The position numbers and the translations under genes were made by a program. Under the pieces are notes generated by a model. The model saw nothing but the letters and a program-made list of their open reading frames with translations. It had not been told where the DNA came from and searched no databases. From Entomortierella parvispora E1425 (Eukaryota; Fungi; Mortierellomycota): a stretch of DNA of 64,000 nucleotides. Shown in pieces: positions 47,866-58,479 of the stretch; position 1 is the first letter of the stretch; each line of letters begins with the position of its first letter. The DNA lies in assembly GCA_020891255.1 (NCBI GenBank), contig BQFW01000004.1, forward strand, positions 620,001 through 684,000, given 5' to 3'.

Positions 47866-50805
47866 TCACGAAATCAGAATGTTGCACTCTTCGCCTCTTT
47901 TGAACCTGTTCAGTTCTTCGTTAGAGACTTTCCACCTCAGGAGCGCCTTCTTGTTATCATTCCCAGATTTACTTTTCTTGTCCCTCTGTGCAGCCAACAC
48001 CCAGTAGCGCCGTGCGAGTTCCACAGGAAGATCAAAAATAGAAGTCATGTAAACGCGTTCGAATCTGGCCGATGTGCTTTCGTTGGGAAGCGAGCACGTA
48101 TGTGTTGGCGTTTTGAGCGCACCATTTGCGCCACAGTTCGGGAGGAAAGGCCTGCGATAGACGCATTGACGCGGCTTGTTACCACATTTCGCCAAAATAA
48201 TGGGCCACTGGCTTCGCCATTCGTGAGTGATGTATTTTATCATGAAGTCGATCTTGTATGAGTTCACCCAGCGGGTGTCGTTAGGACGAGAGTCGCTATC
48301 CACCTTGAAGCTGCACCGGACATGAGTCTCCAGATATCGATCCAATGCCATGATGATCAAGAATTCCGGGCTTGTGTCGTCGGTGTAATCATTGGAAGGG
48401 GCAGCCATAATCTTGATCCGGTTGGGAATCCATGGGCATCCCACCACAATATTCGAGGCCATTTCCAACTTCCATCCGCCAGCAGCTGTCACATGATCGT
48501 GGTCTTTGTCTGACAGGAGATCAAAGATGTTGTGGGCGTAATACAGCGGCTTCAGGTCGCAAATGTCGATGAGCTTGGCCTTTTCCCCCGTTGTTTCGTG
48601 GCAGTGGTGAGTGGTTTCAAGGCCTCCGATTTCCTCCCTGTCGCAGCCGCGGCATGTGGCGTGGAAATAATAGCTCGTGTTATACTGATCCCTACAGTAC
48701 TGGTCCATGTTGGCGACGGCACACTTGATACTATCCAAGGAGAACCCTGAACGCTCAACCCCGAACCTCTTGTTCCTGGTTATAAAGTCTTGAAGTGCGT
48801 CGGGATTGTTGACAAAATGCTGGGTGCCGTACGAGCGAGCGGACATGGACAAGTATTTGCCCTCCGGGACTTTGACAAACCAGTCTCGATGCTCTGTGCT
48901 ACAAGCCTCTACCGTCGAAGGACAAAACGACTTTAAGTGGTAGATACCCCGATCTTGGCGGTCCTTCAGAAACGTGCGATACTCGTTCCATTGTTCAATG
49001 CGAGCATTGAACTGAGGAGAAAGGTCAGATGGCACCAGTTCAACATTGGCTTGTAACATGGTGTCTGGCACAGGAGCTCCGAGGGCAACGGTCATGTCCC
49101 GCAATGGATAGCCTTTGGTATGGAACTCCTTCTCTGCATTCCTTGCCTTTGATGCATATTGACGTGAGGAAACCAGAGCCAATTGGCAAGCGGCCACCTC
49201 CTTCCGCTTTTCTTCAAACAACTCATGTAAGCTCGGGGAACCGGCAGAACCGGGCTTCTTCCACTCATCTTCGATGAACTGCCTGATTTCTTTCAAATCA
49301 TCAAGGGAACCTAGCAACCCCTTCCAGTCGAGAATGGCATGGCAGGCTGTGATGTACTTTGCCTTGCACAGGTAGTGGAGCTCACAATAAAGAGGAGCCA
49401 GCGAAGGATCATACGCAATATTGCCTGGGTCGCGTTCAGGTAAATGCAGAGCGTAATCTTGGGCCCCGGGGCCATAGCGGATGATAGAGAGGGTGCCGAT
49501 CACATCCATGAAAGCAGGGTGCCTCAGTTCGTCCCATTCGAAAGTATCATCACGCAAGGACTTGATTATATCGGGATCGTCCAGCATAGTTCCGTTAATG
49601 TCCGAGAGTACCTCGCTTGCCCCTGTTACCTGAGCAAGCATGTCTGACTGCAGGATGTTGGCAACCTTGGAAGAATGGCTCACGGCGAGTATGGGGCGTA
49701 GAAGTTGAAGATTCTGACAGAGAAGTGCAGCGGCGACGGCGACATCTTGATGGACTTCTGTAAACTGCCAAAAGTCCAGTCGAGGAATAGAAAGTCCAGG
49801 AATGAGATGACTGCGAATATGATGCTCAGCGCGAGGGGCTCGACCGGCAGTCAAGCTGTTGTAGGCGAAACCTCCCTTCATGGCCTCTAGAGGGATATCC
49901 TTTGAAATCAAGACCGAGAGCACTCGGCCTCTGTCTTTGCAAGTCTGGATGTTTTGGGTGTCCCCGATGATCTCATCCAAAGCTGTATCCGTGACCAAGG
50001 ACTTGGGATCCACTAGTTTTGAAAACACAGCATGGTTGAACTGTTGCTGTTCCTTGATACTGTTTTTCAGGTCGGTATGGGCGGGGGACGTCACCGGTTT
50101 GATCACCGCCAGTGGTGCAGCCTTGGCGAGCAGGGATTCGAGGTCCTTAGAAGGGGTCCAGCGATAAAAGTAGCCACCCGAGGCCGAGTTGAGGCAGTAC
50201 GGAAAGACAGTCGCGATCAGATTTTGCTCAATCTCGTCGTAAATGCTGAGTGCACGGACGTCCGTCTCTTGGTTCACAAGATGGCGGTGCAGTTCATAGA
50301 TCTTTTTTGGGTTTCTGTCGCGGCTAGGGAGGAGGCTCAGCAGGTTCTTGAGGCGACTCCATTTGGGATCCTCCTGGTCGTCTTTGGCGCGGCCTTGTGC
50401 AGTGGATCTGTAGGCCATCCCAACATACGGAATGAGTAGGGTCTTGTCTGGAGATTTATCCAGGATCGCCTGGGCCCACTCTTTGTCTGCGCTGTAGCTA
50501 TCTCTGTACTGCAAGAGTACTGTTCGAGGCACAGAGTAGAGGCGAAGGTAGTATTGAACATAGTCGCCAGAATTGGGTGGCGGCTGTGATTTAGAACAGA
50601 GCTTGAGCGTGGTCTTGGTTTTGGAAATGCTCAAGGGATCCTGAGCAACCTGGAGGAGAGGAGTCCAATTGCCCCGAAAACTTTGGAAAGATTCTTCGAG
50701 GTGGTTGTTAAGAGTTCGGAGAGACTGACGGGTGCGACCAGCATTAATGTGGAAAAGCAGATCCGATCCAGTATCCAAAGGAGCCGAGGATGAACTGGAG
50801 GACAT
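47866..50805 (-). CDS. Intronless 979-aa protein with GIY-YIG-like N-terminal motifs, a UDG-fold-like central segment and Cys/His-rich C-terminus
   Basis: Open 2.94-kb frame from ATG 50805 (MSSSSSSAPLDTG). Motifs YYLRLY..IPYVGMA..GRA..DEIEQNLIA..CLNSASGG, VLISKDIP..AG..LDFW..LRPILAVSHS, CRGC..THHC and CG..THTC. The CDS is well supported; the domain calls are pattern inference. Confidence 0.75.
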   Translation of the reverse strand: MSSSSSSAPLDTGSDLLFHINAGRTRQSLRTLNNHLEESFQSFRGNWTPLLQVAQDPLSISKTKTTLKLCSKSQPPPNSGDYVQYYLRLYSVPRTVLLQYRDSYSADKEWAQAILDKSPDKTLLIPYVGMAYRSTAQGRAKDDQEDPKWSRLKNLLSLLPSRDRNPKKIYELHRHLVNQETDVRALSIYDEIEQNLIATVFPYCLNSASGGYFYRWTPSKDLESLLAKAAPLAVIKPVTSPAHTDLKNSIKEQQQFNHAVFSKLVDPKSLVTDTALDEIIGDTQNIQTCKDRGRVLSVLISKDIPLEAMKGGFAYNSLTAGRAPRAEHHIRSHLIPGLSIPRLDFWQFTEVHQDVAVAAALLCQNLQLLRPILAVSHSSKVANILQSDMLAQVTGASEVLSDINGTMLDDPDIIKSLRDDTFEWDELRHPAFMDVIGTLSIIRYGPGAQDYALHLPERDPGNIAYDPSLAPLYCELHYLCKAKYITACHAILDWKGLLGSLDDLKEIRQFIEDEWKKPGSAGSPSLHELFEEKRKEVAACQLALVSSRQYASKARNAEKEFHTKGYPLRDMTVALGAPVPDTMLQANVELVPSDLSPQFNARIEQWNEYRTFLKDRQDRGIYHLKSFCPSTVEACSTEHRDWFVKVPEGKYLSMSARSYGTQHFVNNPDALQDFITRNKRFGVERSGFSLDSIKCAVANMDQYCRDQYNTSYYFHATCRGCDREEIGGLETTHHCHETTGEKAKLIDICDLKPLYYAHNIFDLLSDKDHDHVTAAGGWKLEMASNIVVGCPWIPNRIKIMAAPSNDYTDDTSPEFLIIMALDRYLETHVRCSFKVDSDSRPNDTRWVNSYKIDFMIKYITHEWRSQWPIILAKCGNKPRQCVYRRPFLPNCGANGALKTPTHTCSLPNESTSARFERVYMTSIFDLPVELARRYWVLAAQRDKKSKSGNDNKKALLRWKVSNEELNRFKRGEECNILIS

Positions 50806-52601
50806 TATTTTGGGAATGATAGCGCGGGAACGGAGCTGAGAAGACTGGGTGAGTCGTACTGCAAAAGCAAATAGCAGAAAAAACAGCAAATAGCAGAAAA
50901 AACAGCAAAAATTTGTGAGGATCAGTACTATGTATATTTTTTCAACGCTGAGAGGCAGATGGAGATTGCAAACGAAGTAAAGGCCAATACTTACGAGCAA
51001 GATATGATGAAGTAAGAGCTGACGCGAAATGTCGTTTGACTTTGCGAAGGATGAACCTAGTACTCGATGCCGTAGAATCAGAGGGTGGTACGTGGTTCCA
51101 AGGCGAAAGGCAAGTAGCCAAACGATCCAGGGGCGAGTAAGGAAAGAGTAGGGGCAGGTGGAGAGAACAATAGAAATAACAGTGAATGAAGCGAACAATG
51201 GGTTGAGAGAACAGTGGGCAACTGGAGGGAACGGTAGGTAGAGAGAACGGTGGGTAGAGAGAACAGTAGGCGAAGAGAACAGGGGGTGGGTGAGAAGGTG
51301 AAGGAACAAGAGATCTGGTTTGAAAACGGGAGGGTACTGAAGGTGCTTTTATCTTCATGACCCGGCGCAGAAGAGAGTGGTGGACAAAAACGAAAGCGAA
51401 AACTTGTGGATACACGCTTTTTTGTTTGATCAAAGACAGTTGCATGCGCACAGTTGATTGTCCCGATACAGATCGGGCAATCAGGCAGATACCGCAAAGC
51501 GTCGAAGCGACCGTTGCGCATCCGAGCGCCACTATTATTATCATTTCGTTCTGGGGGGTACACACTTTTAGTGTGGCAAAGTTCCGACAACATGGGAACA
51601 TGGGAGAAAAGGCAGAGCAAACAAAGAGACGCGCCTGCAGTCGTAGTGGCGGTGATGTCCACGCGCGAGAGATGCGTGCATGCACGAAATCTGAAAATGG
51701 GTGGCTTGTATTTGAACATGTTGGCATGTTGGATAGAATCACTCGGACAAAGAGCATGTTTATTGTGATGCTTGTGAGGCCATAGCTAGGCCGTTTCTGG
51801 GAAAAACAACGACAGGGTAGTACCACAGCTATCAGAAGGGGACATGGTGGTGAAAATATCAGCTACAGATGGCAATAGCTACCTTTGGGTCATTTTTTTT
51901 TATATTGTCCACAACTGGTACCGAAGGAATTTCCATAGTGGACAACTGTGACACAGCTGACGAGACATCACCTGGCCAAACAACTCCAGGGAACGCTTGG
52001 CCTGCATATGTGGTGTCCAGATTGGGTGATAAAGGATGGAGACCGACTGTATTCTCATGTTCGATTTCAATCGCTCCACGCAACAAGAGGGACGCGAGGG
52101 ATTGTCGCGTCGATTGTTGCTGATAAGAGGTCAAAGAGAGGAAGGAGGGAGATCAAAGGAAATGATCACCCACTTTTGTACAGAGCAGAGAATAGCTGAC
52201 ACGAAAATAGACAACAGGCACGTCGATCGAGATGAGAGGATCAGTACGCGCGCGTTGCCCAATTTTGCCTAGGATCTTTGCCTGAGCACATTGGACGGAC
52301 GCCTCAAATCCCGACCGACTGCTGTCCACGCCTGCGACACTGGTCATACAGGGGTTCCGCTATCGATGGTGACACCCCTGCACTCATCTGTAGGTCCATC
52401 TCACTGCCAAATCCGACCGTAGGAACGCTCGCCTTCCGTCCAATTCTATCTCCTCTGACTCGCCATCCACGTTCATAGCTGGTTACTTTGTAGTATAGAC
52501 CTTGCCATATCCTAGTTGGCCCTCACACTATACCATTAAAACCTATGTCCCCAAACTCCATTGTTTGACCGTGCCAGTCTGAAGGGGGAAAAAAAAAAGA
52601 A

Positions 52602-52667
52602 AAAAAAAAGAGGATATTCCACAGAGATGGATCGGATTTTTCTGCCCAGCCATGACCGCGATGCCGG

Positions 52668-52703
<36 letters not shown>

Positions 52704-53392
52704 GCAGCGATTGCCAGTCGCGATACCCCGAGCCAACGTGTTGATTTCTACCTCACCCCATGACCTAGTGGACCCACCAAGCTGATTCTAGCACTGCCGA
52801 GTCCTCTACCACGACCATGACTCACTGATTTTTTTACTATAATTTTCTTTAATTCGTCCTTAACAGCATTTATTCGCAATTGTAGGAGTAAAAGTAAACT
52901 GTTCAATAAAAGTGCCCAAAGACTGACATTTCGATGGTGTCCGAGTCTAGTCGTGCTGCTGATATCCCGCGCAGCAAATTCTGTAGCTTGTTCGTGTGTG
53001 ATATCAAAAAAAAAAGGAAAAAACACATCTTTTTCATGCTTACCTTCTCTACCGACGACCAAGACCTTTTCGAACATACCCATGGCAATTGACGGTGATC
53101 CATCGATCCGTGACTATCCCGAAGATGCAGCGCAGGCGCCGAGGAGGTGCAAAATGCAAAAATGCAGGGACAACTTTGGTTTTCTCAAGATGAAATCACG
53201 TGCAAACACAGGCACGGAAGTTCAAATAGAAAAAGTTGAAAAGAAAGTTCAATAACAAAAATGGTTGATTAGTATAGCGGTTAGTACTCCTGACTTTGAA
53301 TCAGGCAACGCGAGTTCGAACCTCGCATCGACCTTTGCTTTTGCTTTTGTGCGAGGGGAAAGGCAAAGGATCGCTTTTTTCTTTTTTTTTTT
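52602..53392. repeat. Right arm, inner part, of large inverted repeat
   Basis: Near-identical reverse complement of 46381-47159, differing mainly in homopolymer lengths. Confidence 0.95.
53263..53334 (+). tRNA. tRNA-Gln(TTG)
   Basis: Acceptor stem GGTTGAT/ATCGACC, anticodon arm CCTGA-CTTTGAA-TCAGG, T-arm GCGAG-TTCGAAC-CTCGC, followed by T-rich terminator-like runs. Confidence 0.93.
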
Positions 53393-53530
53393 GGGTTTAT
53401 CTATTTGACAACCCAGGTTGTTCGTTTTACCTGACAACCCACTCTATATTTGGTTAGTCTCGTTTTTTATTCGGCAACCCACCTGTCATTCCTCAATTGA
53501 CAACCCAGGTTGCCAAACAAACGTTTATTT

Positions 53531-54743
53531 TTATGAGTGCTGTCTAGAATTGTGACCTTCCCCGCTGCACACTCCACACTTCGTTGATTTTTTTTTTGTC
53601 TCCATGCTGCTCTTTATCCGAGAAGTCCTCGGTCTGCCCTTCGTCTTTGTATAGTGAGGATCCTTCATACCTTCTTCGCCTGCCCCCCTCACAATGACAC
53701 GGTTTAGGCCATCTTTAACTGTTTCGAATACTTCTGGATTGGAGTTCACGGTGTCCATGATATTCTTCATCAGGCCAGATATCTCTCCAATGCGGCGTTT
53801 TTTGGAAAGGTTGCGTTTATCAACCCCCGACAGGGATGGCACTGAGGGGAAAACCTTCATGATATCGCTCATGAAAGAAGAAGCAGGCTCTCCCTCTGCA
53901 CTCCCCACCTGAGCGACCGTCTTCTGCGTTTTTGCGCTCAAAAACGCCCCTGAGAGATCAAGATCTGTTAGGTCCTGCAGTTCTTCTTTAAACCACCGCA
54001 TCGGAATAAGCCTGACATGATACTTGCATCTGTCACTAACTTGCATCAGATGGAAATAGTGTCGACATACAAATCCGCTGTTTTGGAGGAGGAGGCAAGT
54101 ACAAATGTACGAGCCATCAGCCAGTAAAAGTATGTGCTGAAGTGACTTTCGCTCCGTGTCCAAGCGGAACGTCACGTCGAAGATTTGTACAATTCGATCA
54201 GAACCAACGATTGTCTGGATGGACTGGAGAGAGCTCATTTCGCGATTGTCTTTTGACGATCTCTCAATCTAAGGACAAAGAGAAGAATAACGGCTTAGTA
54301 CCTCTATCTGGTCTTAGGATTGCGCTTGGGTATTGGAATGATGTACAAGTACTTACTTCCTCGAAATCACCTCCTTCGATTGATCGTGGAGCACAGGCGT
54401 CTATACCTGTGTGTGGATTGGACTGATACAAAACAGAGCGCGACATCTCTAACTTCATCTGACTTTTTGCTGCGATGCCAAGATAGCGATTGTTTGCATC
54501 GATAACATCGGCAAACATTTGCTGAACAAACATCGACGTTGCGGGATCAACCGTTGTATCCGTCTTGTAGAGAATATACTTTGAAGTCTGGGCTTCATTT
54601 GATAGCTTCTTTTCAATTGCCTCGAACAGTGCTGGAAGGGACGTCTTGCCATTGACGGCCCTTTTGATGGCCGCATTCATACTCTCCACACGCTGAGTCG
54701 ACTGTGGCTGTATTGATCTGCCGTCGGTCAACCCCTCGGTCAA
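53531..54743 (-). pseudogene. C-terminal remnant of MULE/FAR1-type transposase
   Basis: QSTQRVESMNAAIK motif, intron 54356-54269 (GTAAGT..TAG, frame kept), SWIM finger CTC..CRH, RW motif, KGRP and CGVC-GHN knuckle. The DDE core upstream is missing and is replaced by the tandem array. Confidence 0.85.
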
Positions 54744-56039
54744 ATAAAAAAAAAAGCCTTTGCATGCAACAGTAGACCATTCCTAATTGGGACTTCTGGC
54801 GACTCGCAAGGACTCGCAAGACGGTATGTGTACCATGGTCGGCCAAAAGAAAAAAAAAGATCCATTTTGCCTTCTGTATGCATGCAATTGACAGACATCC
54901 CCTAGGTCATAGAGGATGATAGTCCAGTGGGCTCTGACCTTGTCTGAATCAGAAGACTGGAGCGGGTATCAGCTGTGTTTCTTTCCTCTTGTATTGATCT
55001 ACCCCCGGGTCAACCCTCGGTCAAATAAAAAAAAAAATCCTCTGCATGCAAGTAAACCATTCCTAATTGGGACTTCTGGCGACTCGCAAGGACTCGCAAG
55101 ACGGTACGTGTACCATGGTCGGCCAAAAGAAAAAAAAAGATCCATTTTGCCTTCTGTATGCATGCAATTGACAGACATCCCCTAGGTCATAGAGGATGAT
55201 AGTCCAGTGGGCTCTGACCTTGTCCGGTCCGGAAGACTGGAGCGGGTATCAGCTGTGTTTTCTTTCCTCTTGTATTGATCTACCCCCGGTCAACCCTCGG
55301 TCAAATAAAAAAAAAAATCCTCTGCATGCAAGTAAACCATTCCTAATTGGGACTTCTGGCGACTCGCAAGGACTCGCAAGACGGTACGTGTACCATGGTC
55401 GGCCAAAAGAAAAAAAAAGATCCATTTTGCCTTCTGTATGCATGCAATTGACAGACATCCCCTAGGTCATAGAGGATGATAGTCCAGTGGGCTCTGACCT
55501 TGTCCGGTCCGGAAGACTGGAGCGGGTATCAGCTGTGTTTCTTTCCTCTTGTATTGATCTACCCCCGGTCAACCCTCGGTCAAATAAAAAAAAAAACCTC
55601 TGCATGCAACAGTAGACCATTCCTAATTGGGACTTCTGGCGACTCGCAAGGACTCGCAAGACGGTATGTGTACCATGATCGGCCAAAAGAAAAAAAAAGA
55701 TCCATTTTGCCTTCTGTATGCATGCAATTGACAGACATCCCCTAGGTCATAGAGGGTGACAGTCCAGTGGGCTCTGACCTTGTCCGGTCCGGAAGACTGG
55801 AGCGGGTATCAGCTGTTTTCTTTCCTCTTGTATTGATCTATCCCCGGTCAACCCTCGGTCAAATAAAAAAAAAAGCCTTTGCATGCAACAGTAGACCATT
55901 CCTAATTGGGACTTCTGGCGACTCGCAAGGACTCGCAAGACGGTATGTGTACCATGGTCGGCCAAAAGAAAAAAAAGATACAGTTTGCCCTCTGTATGCA
56001 TGCCATTGACAGACATCCCCTAGGTCATAGAGGATGATG
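54708..56039. repeat. 280-bp tandem repeat, ~4.8 copies
   Basis: The anchor CCTAGGTCATAGAGG recurs at 54901, 55181, 55461, 55741 and 56019. Units are highly similar and there are no spacers. Confidence 0.97.
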
Positions 56040-56195
56040 GTCCCACATGTTCTTCTGGTTCGAAACAAAGGGACTGACTCGACTGACTCGTACATCCAGG
56101 CTTCTTGTGTCAGCAACTCCCACATGTATAAATATGTGTACTTGCGGCATCCAGTTCTGTATCTTGTCCTCCTCATCGTTCTCACCTCTTCCAAC

Positions 56196-57047
56196 ATGCC
56201 TCGTGGTGCTTGCACTTACGGCTATTGCGCGCTAGGTCTCCTCCCCCCTGCCGAACCCAAGACCAAAAATCAGAAGAACCATGTTGCAGGGTATCACGTC
56301 GACAACCCCATCAAGTTCATGTGCGGGTACACTGATCGACAAGTCACCTTTAGTCGAATTCCCACAAAACACATGGATTTCGTCTGCTACTGTGGCCTGA
56401 CGTTCACCCTTAACTCTTCGATCCATCGCCATTACCATTACTGTGCCGTTGCCAGGGACGCCGCCCTAAATGCAATCGCACATCCACCTCCTCCTGGTGC
56501 AGGTGGTGCAGGCGATGGCAATGGCGTTATTGTTGCGCCGGCGCCTCCTTCAACGGCCCTGGTGGTAGCGGAGCGCAGCGTCGGGAGCATTCTGGAGGAA
56601 AAGTTGATTGAGCAACATCAAGCCTTCCTGGAGACGTTCACAGGACAGAGCGCGAAGCTCGTCGAGAGCATGACCCAGTCTCAGTTGTCGTTTCTGAACA
56701 CCTTCACCGCTTCGTATGCTGAACAAGCTGTGGCACATCAGCGCAGCATCGCTGAACATAACCGCTTGGCCTTAGAGGAGCAGCGCACGGCCCTCGAGGA
56801 GCAGCGAGCTGCCATTGAGATGCAGCGAGCAGCTGTTGAGGAACAGAGAGTGTTCTACAATCGCCATCAAAACAATCAAGCAGAGATAATGGCCGAGCAG
56901 AAGCTTACAAGGGACGAGGTTAGAAACCTCATGTCACTCAAGCGCGATCGATCTTTCACGTTGGAAGTCAGCGAGCGAGCACTCAAAGGCCTTCAGAGTG
57001 ACCCATCTTACATGGTCAGCCCCTGCCAGGACGACGAGGACATGTGA
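56196..57047 (+). CDS. Hypothetical 283-aa protein inside the MULE (Cys/His finger-like N-terminus, coiled-coil C-terminus)
   Basis: Open frame from ATG 56196 with CYCGLTFTLNSSIHRHYHYC and heptad-like EEQRTALEEQRAAIEMQRAAVEEQR. An AATAAA signal follows the stop. Confidence 0.6.
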   Translation: MPRGACTYGYCALGLLPPAEPKTKNQKNHVAGYHVDNPIKFMCGYTDRQVTFSRIPTKHMDFVCYCGLTFTLNSSIHRHYHYCAVARDAALNAIAHPPPPGAGGAGDGNGVIVAPAPPSTALVVAERSVGSILEEKLIEQHQAFLETFTGQSAKLVESMTQSQLSFLNTFTASYAEQAVAHQRSIAEHNRLALEEQRTALEEQRAAIEMQRAAVEEQRVFYNRHQNNQAEIMAEQKLTRDEVRNLMSLKRDRSFTLEVSERALKGLQSDPSYMVSPCQDDEDM

Positions 57048-57161
57048 AAGACAGATAGTGCGCAATCCCACGTCGACGAAGTGTAACAGGTTATGTTCGC
57101 AATTATTCAATAAAAATATTCTTGCGAAATATCTTCTGATGCTATGGCGGACGCGGTGGAC

Positions 57162-57885
57162 TTTTTTTTTTTTTACATATTATTTGCTATGTCGAGACAG
57201 TGAAGCGAAGTGCGAGAACAAACTACTAACAATGAAGCCCGAATCCCCGCGCAACAAATGCCACGACTCATCGCTGTTTAATAAAGAATAAAATGTTACA
57301 AAAGTGTCGATATATGAACCTGGCCACGCACACCAGCCAGTAAGCGCTGGTCTGCCAGCTTAGGGTCATCTTGGGCATCTGGGCAACGGCCTTGGTGGTG
57401 GCCGGAGTGAGGTTTACCGCATTGGCAGGTGTCTGGTGGTAAGATCGTACCAGATGCATTGTTCCAAGGTTGGCCTCGCTGTGCTTGCTTCTTCATCTTG
57501 GAGCGGATGCCTTGAGTCTTCTCCCAGGCAATAGTAACCTCGCCGTGTGTCTTCCGGAAACGTGCAAGAGTATCCCTATCCTGACGACGGATAAGTTGAT
57601 GAGCAACTGCGACCACGACCGAGTGAGGGCCTTTAATAATTGGAGTCCAGGCCTTGATCGAAGCGCAGTGTAACACTCCTTGGTAGGCAGTGACGACCGA
57701 CTGAGCCGATGCCAACGGGGCTGGTGCCAACGGGCTGGTGATCTGTCCCCTCACAGGAGGTCAGGTCGTTGGCGAGTCATGGAAGGCAGAGTACAATGAT
57801 GTCCACAAAGCCGTGTCCGATGGCTGGTACCATGGAGGCGGTTTCGGGCGGCAACTTCGGGTTTGCGGGCTTGTTGCGAACGAGG
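57162..57885 (-). mobile_element. Degenerate 3' fragment of the same non-LTR retrotransposon family
   Basis: T13 at 57162-57174 (poly-A), with 3'UTR and coding similarity to 41483-42225 (WEKTQGIR.KMKKQAQ.GQPWNNASGTILPPDTCQCGKP). Confidence 0.85.
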
Positions 57886-57990
57886 TGGAGCTCACTATCT
57901 GACAACCCAGGTTTCCATGCAATTTTCCAAAGTGTGACTGGTGGGTTGTCAAACAAAACGAACAACCTGGGTTGTCAAATAGATAAATCC

Positions 57991-58430
57991 TTTTTTTTTT
58001 TGGCAAGTCGACAAGTCGACAGCGAAACGTCTGCAGATAGAGAGGTAGGTAGGCAGGTTTGGAAGGACACTGAGGTGGTGAGGTACCGAGGGGGAGTAGA
58101 GCTGCTGTGGTGGGGTGGTAGAGGGCAGCCCTTTCACTGTCGGCAAGAACGACAACTCTGGAAGGGATTGCCGGGTGTTTTTTTTCTCAAGTCGACAGCG
58201 AAACGTCTGCAGGCAGAGAGGCAAGTAGGAAGGTTTGAAAGGACACTGAGGTGGTGAGGCACAGAGAGCGAGTAGAGGTGCTGTGGTGGTGGGGTGGAGG
58301 GCAGGCCATTCACTGTCGGCAAGAACAACAACTCTGGAAGGGATCGCTTTTTTTCTTTCTTCTCAAGTCGACAGCGAAACGTCTGCAGGCAGGTAGGCAA
58401 GTTTGAAAGAACACTGAGGTGGTGTGTGTA

Positions 58431-58479
<49 letters not shown>

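Larger units (their letters stand above)
53393..57990. mobile_element. Mutator-like (MULE) element, defective, carrying extra sequence (Pack-MULE-like)
   Basis: 50-bp TIRs, 46/50 identical (GG(G/A)TTTATCTATTTGACAACCCAGGTTGTTCGTTTT..TGACAACCCAC). Flanked by T11 and T11 where the uninterrupted left arm has A13 (46368-46380), i.e. 9 extra nt. Contains a SWIM-finger transposase remnant. Confidence 0.85.

Noticed and set aside
50806-51309. Hydrophobic N-terminal extension of the 1147-aa ORF-track call
   Set aside because: It begins at a non-ATG codon in pyrimidine-rich, repetitive leader sequence. The first ATG is at 50805.
51310-52600. Short ORFs in the core between the 979-aa gene and the right arm (e.g. 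51859-52134)
   Set aside because: Protein-like in places but they could not be joined into a coherent gene model or recognised.
54708-56039. Repeated ~89-aa ORFs in the 280-bp array as real genes or a guide array
   Set aside because: They are by-products of the tandem repeat, are frameshifted between units by homopolymer differences, and have no unique spacers.
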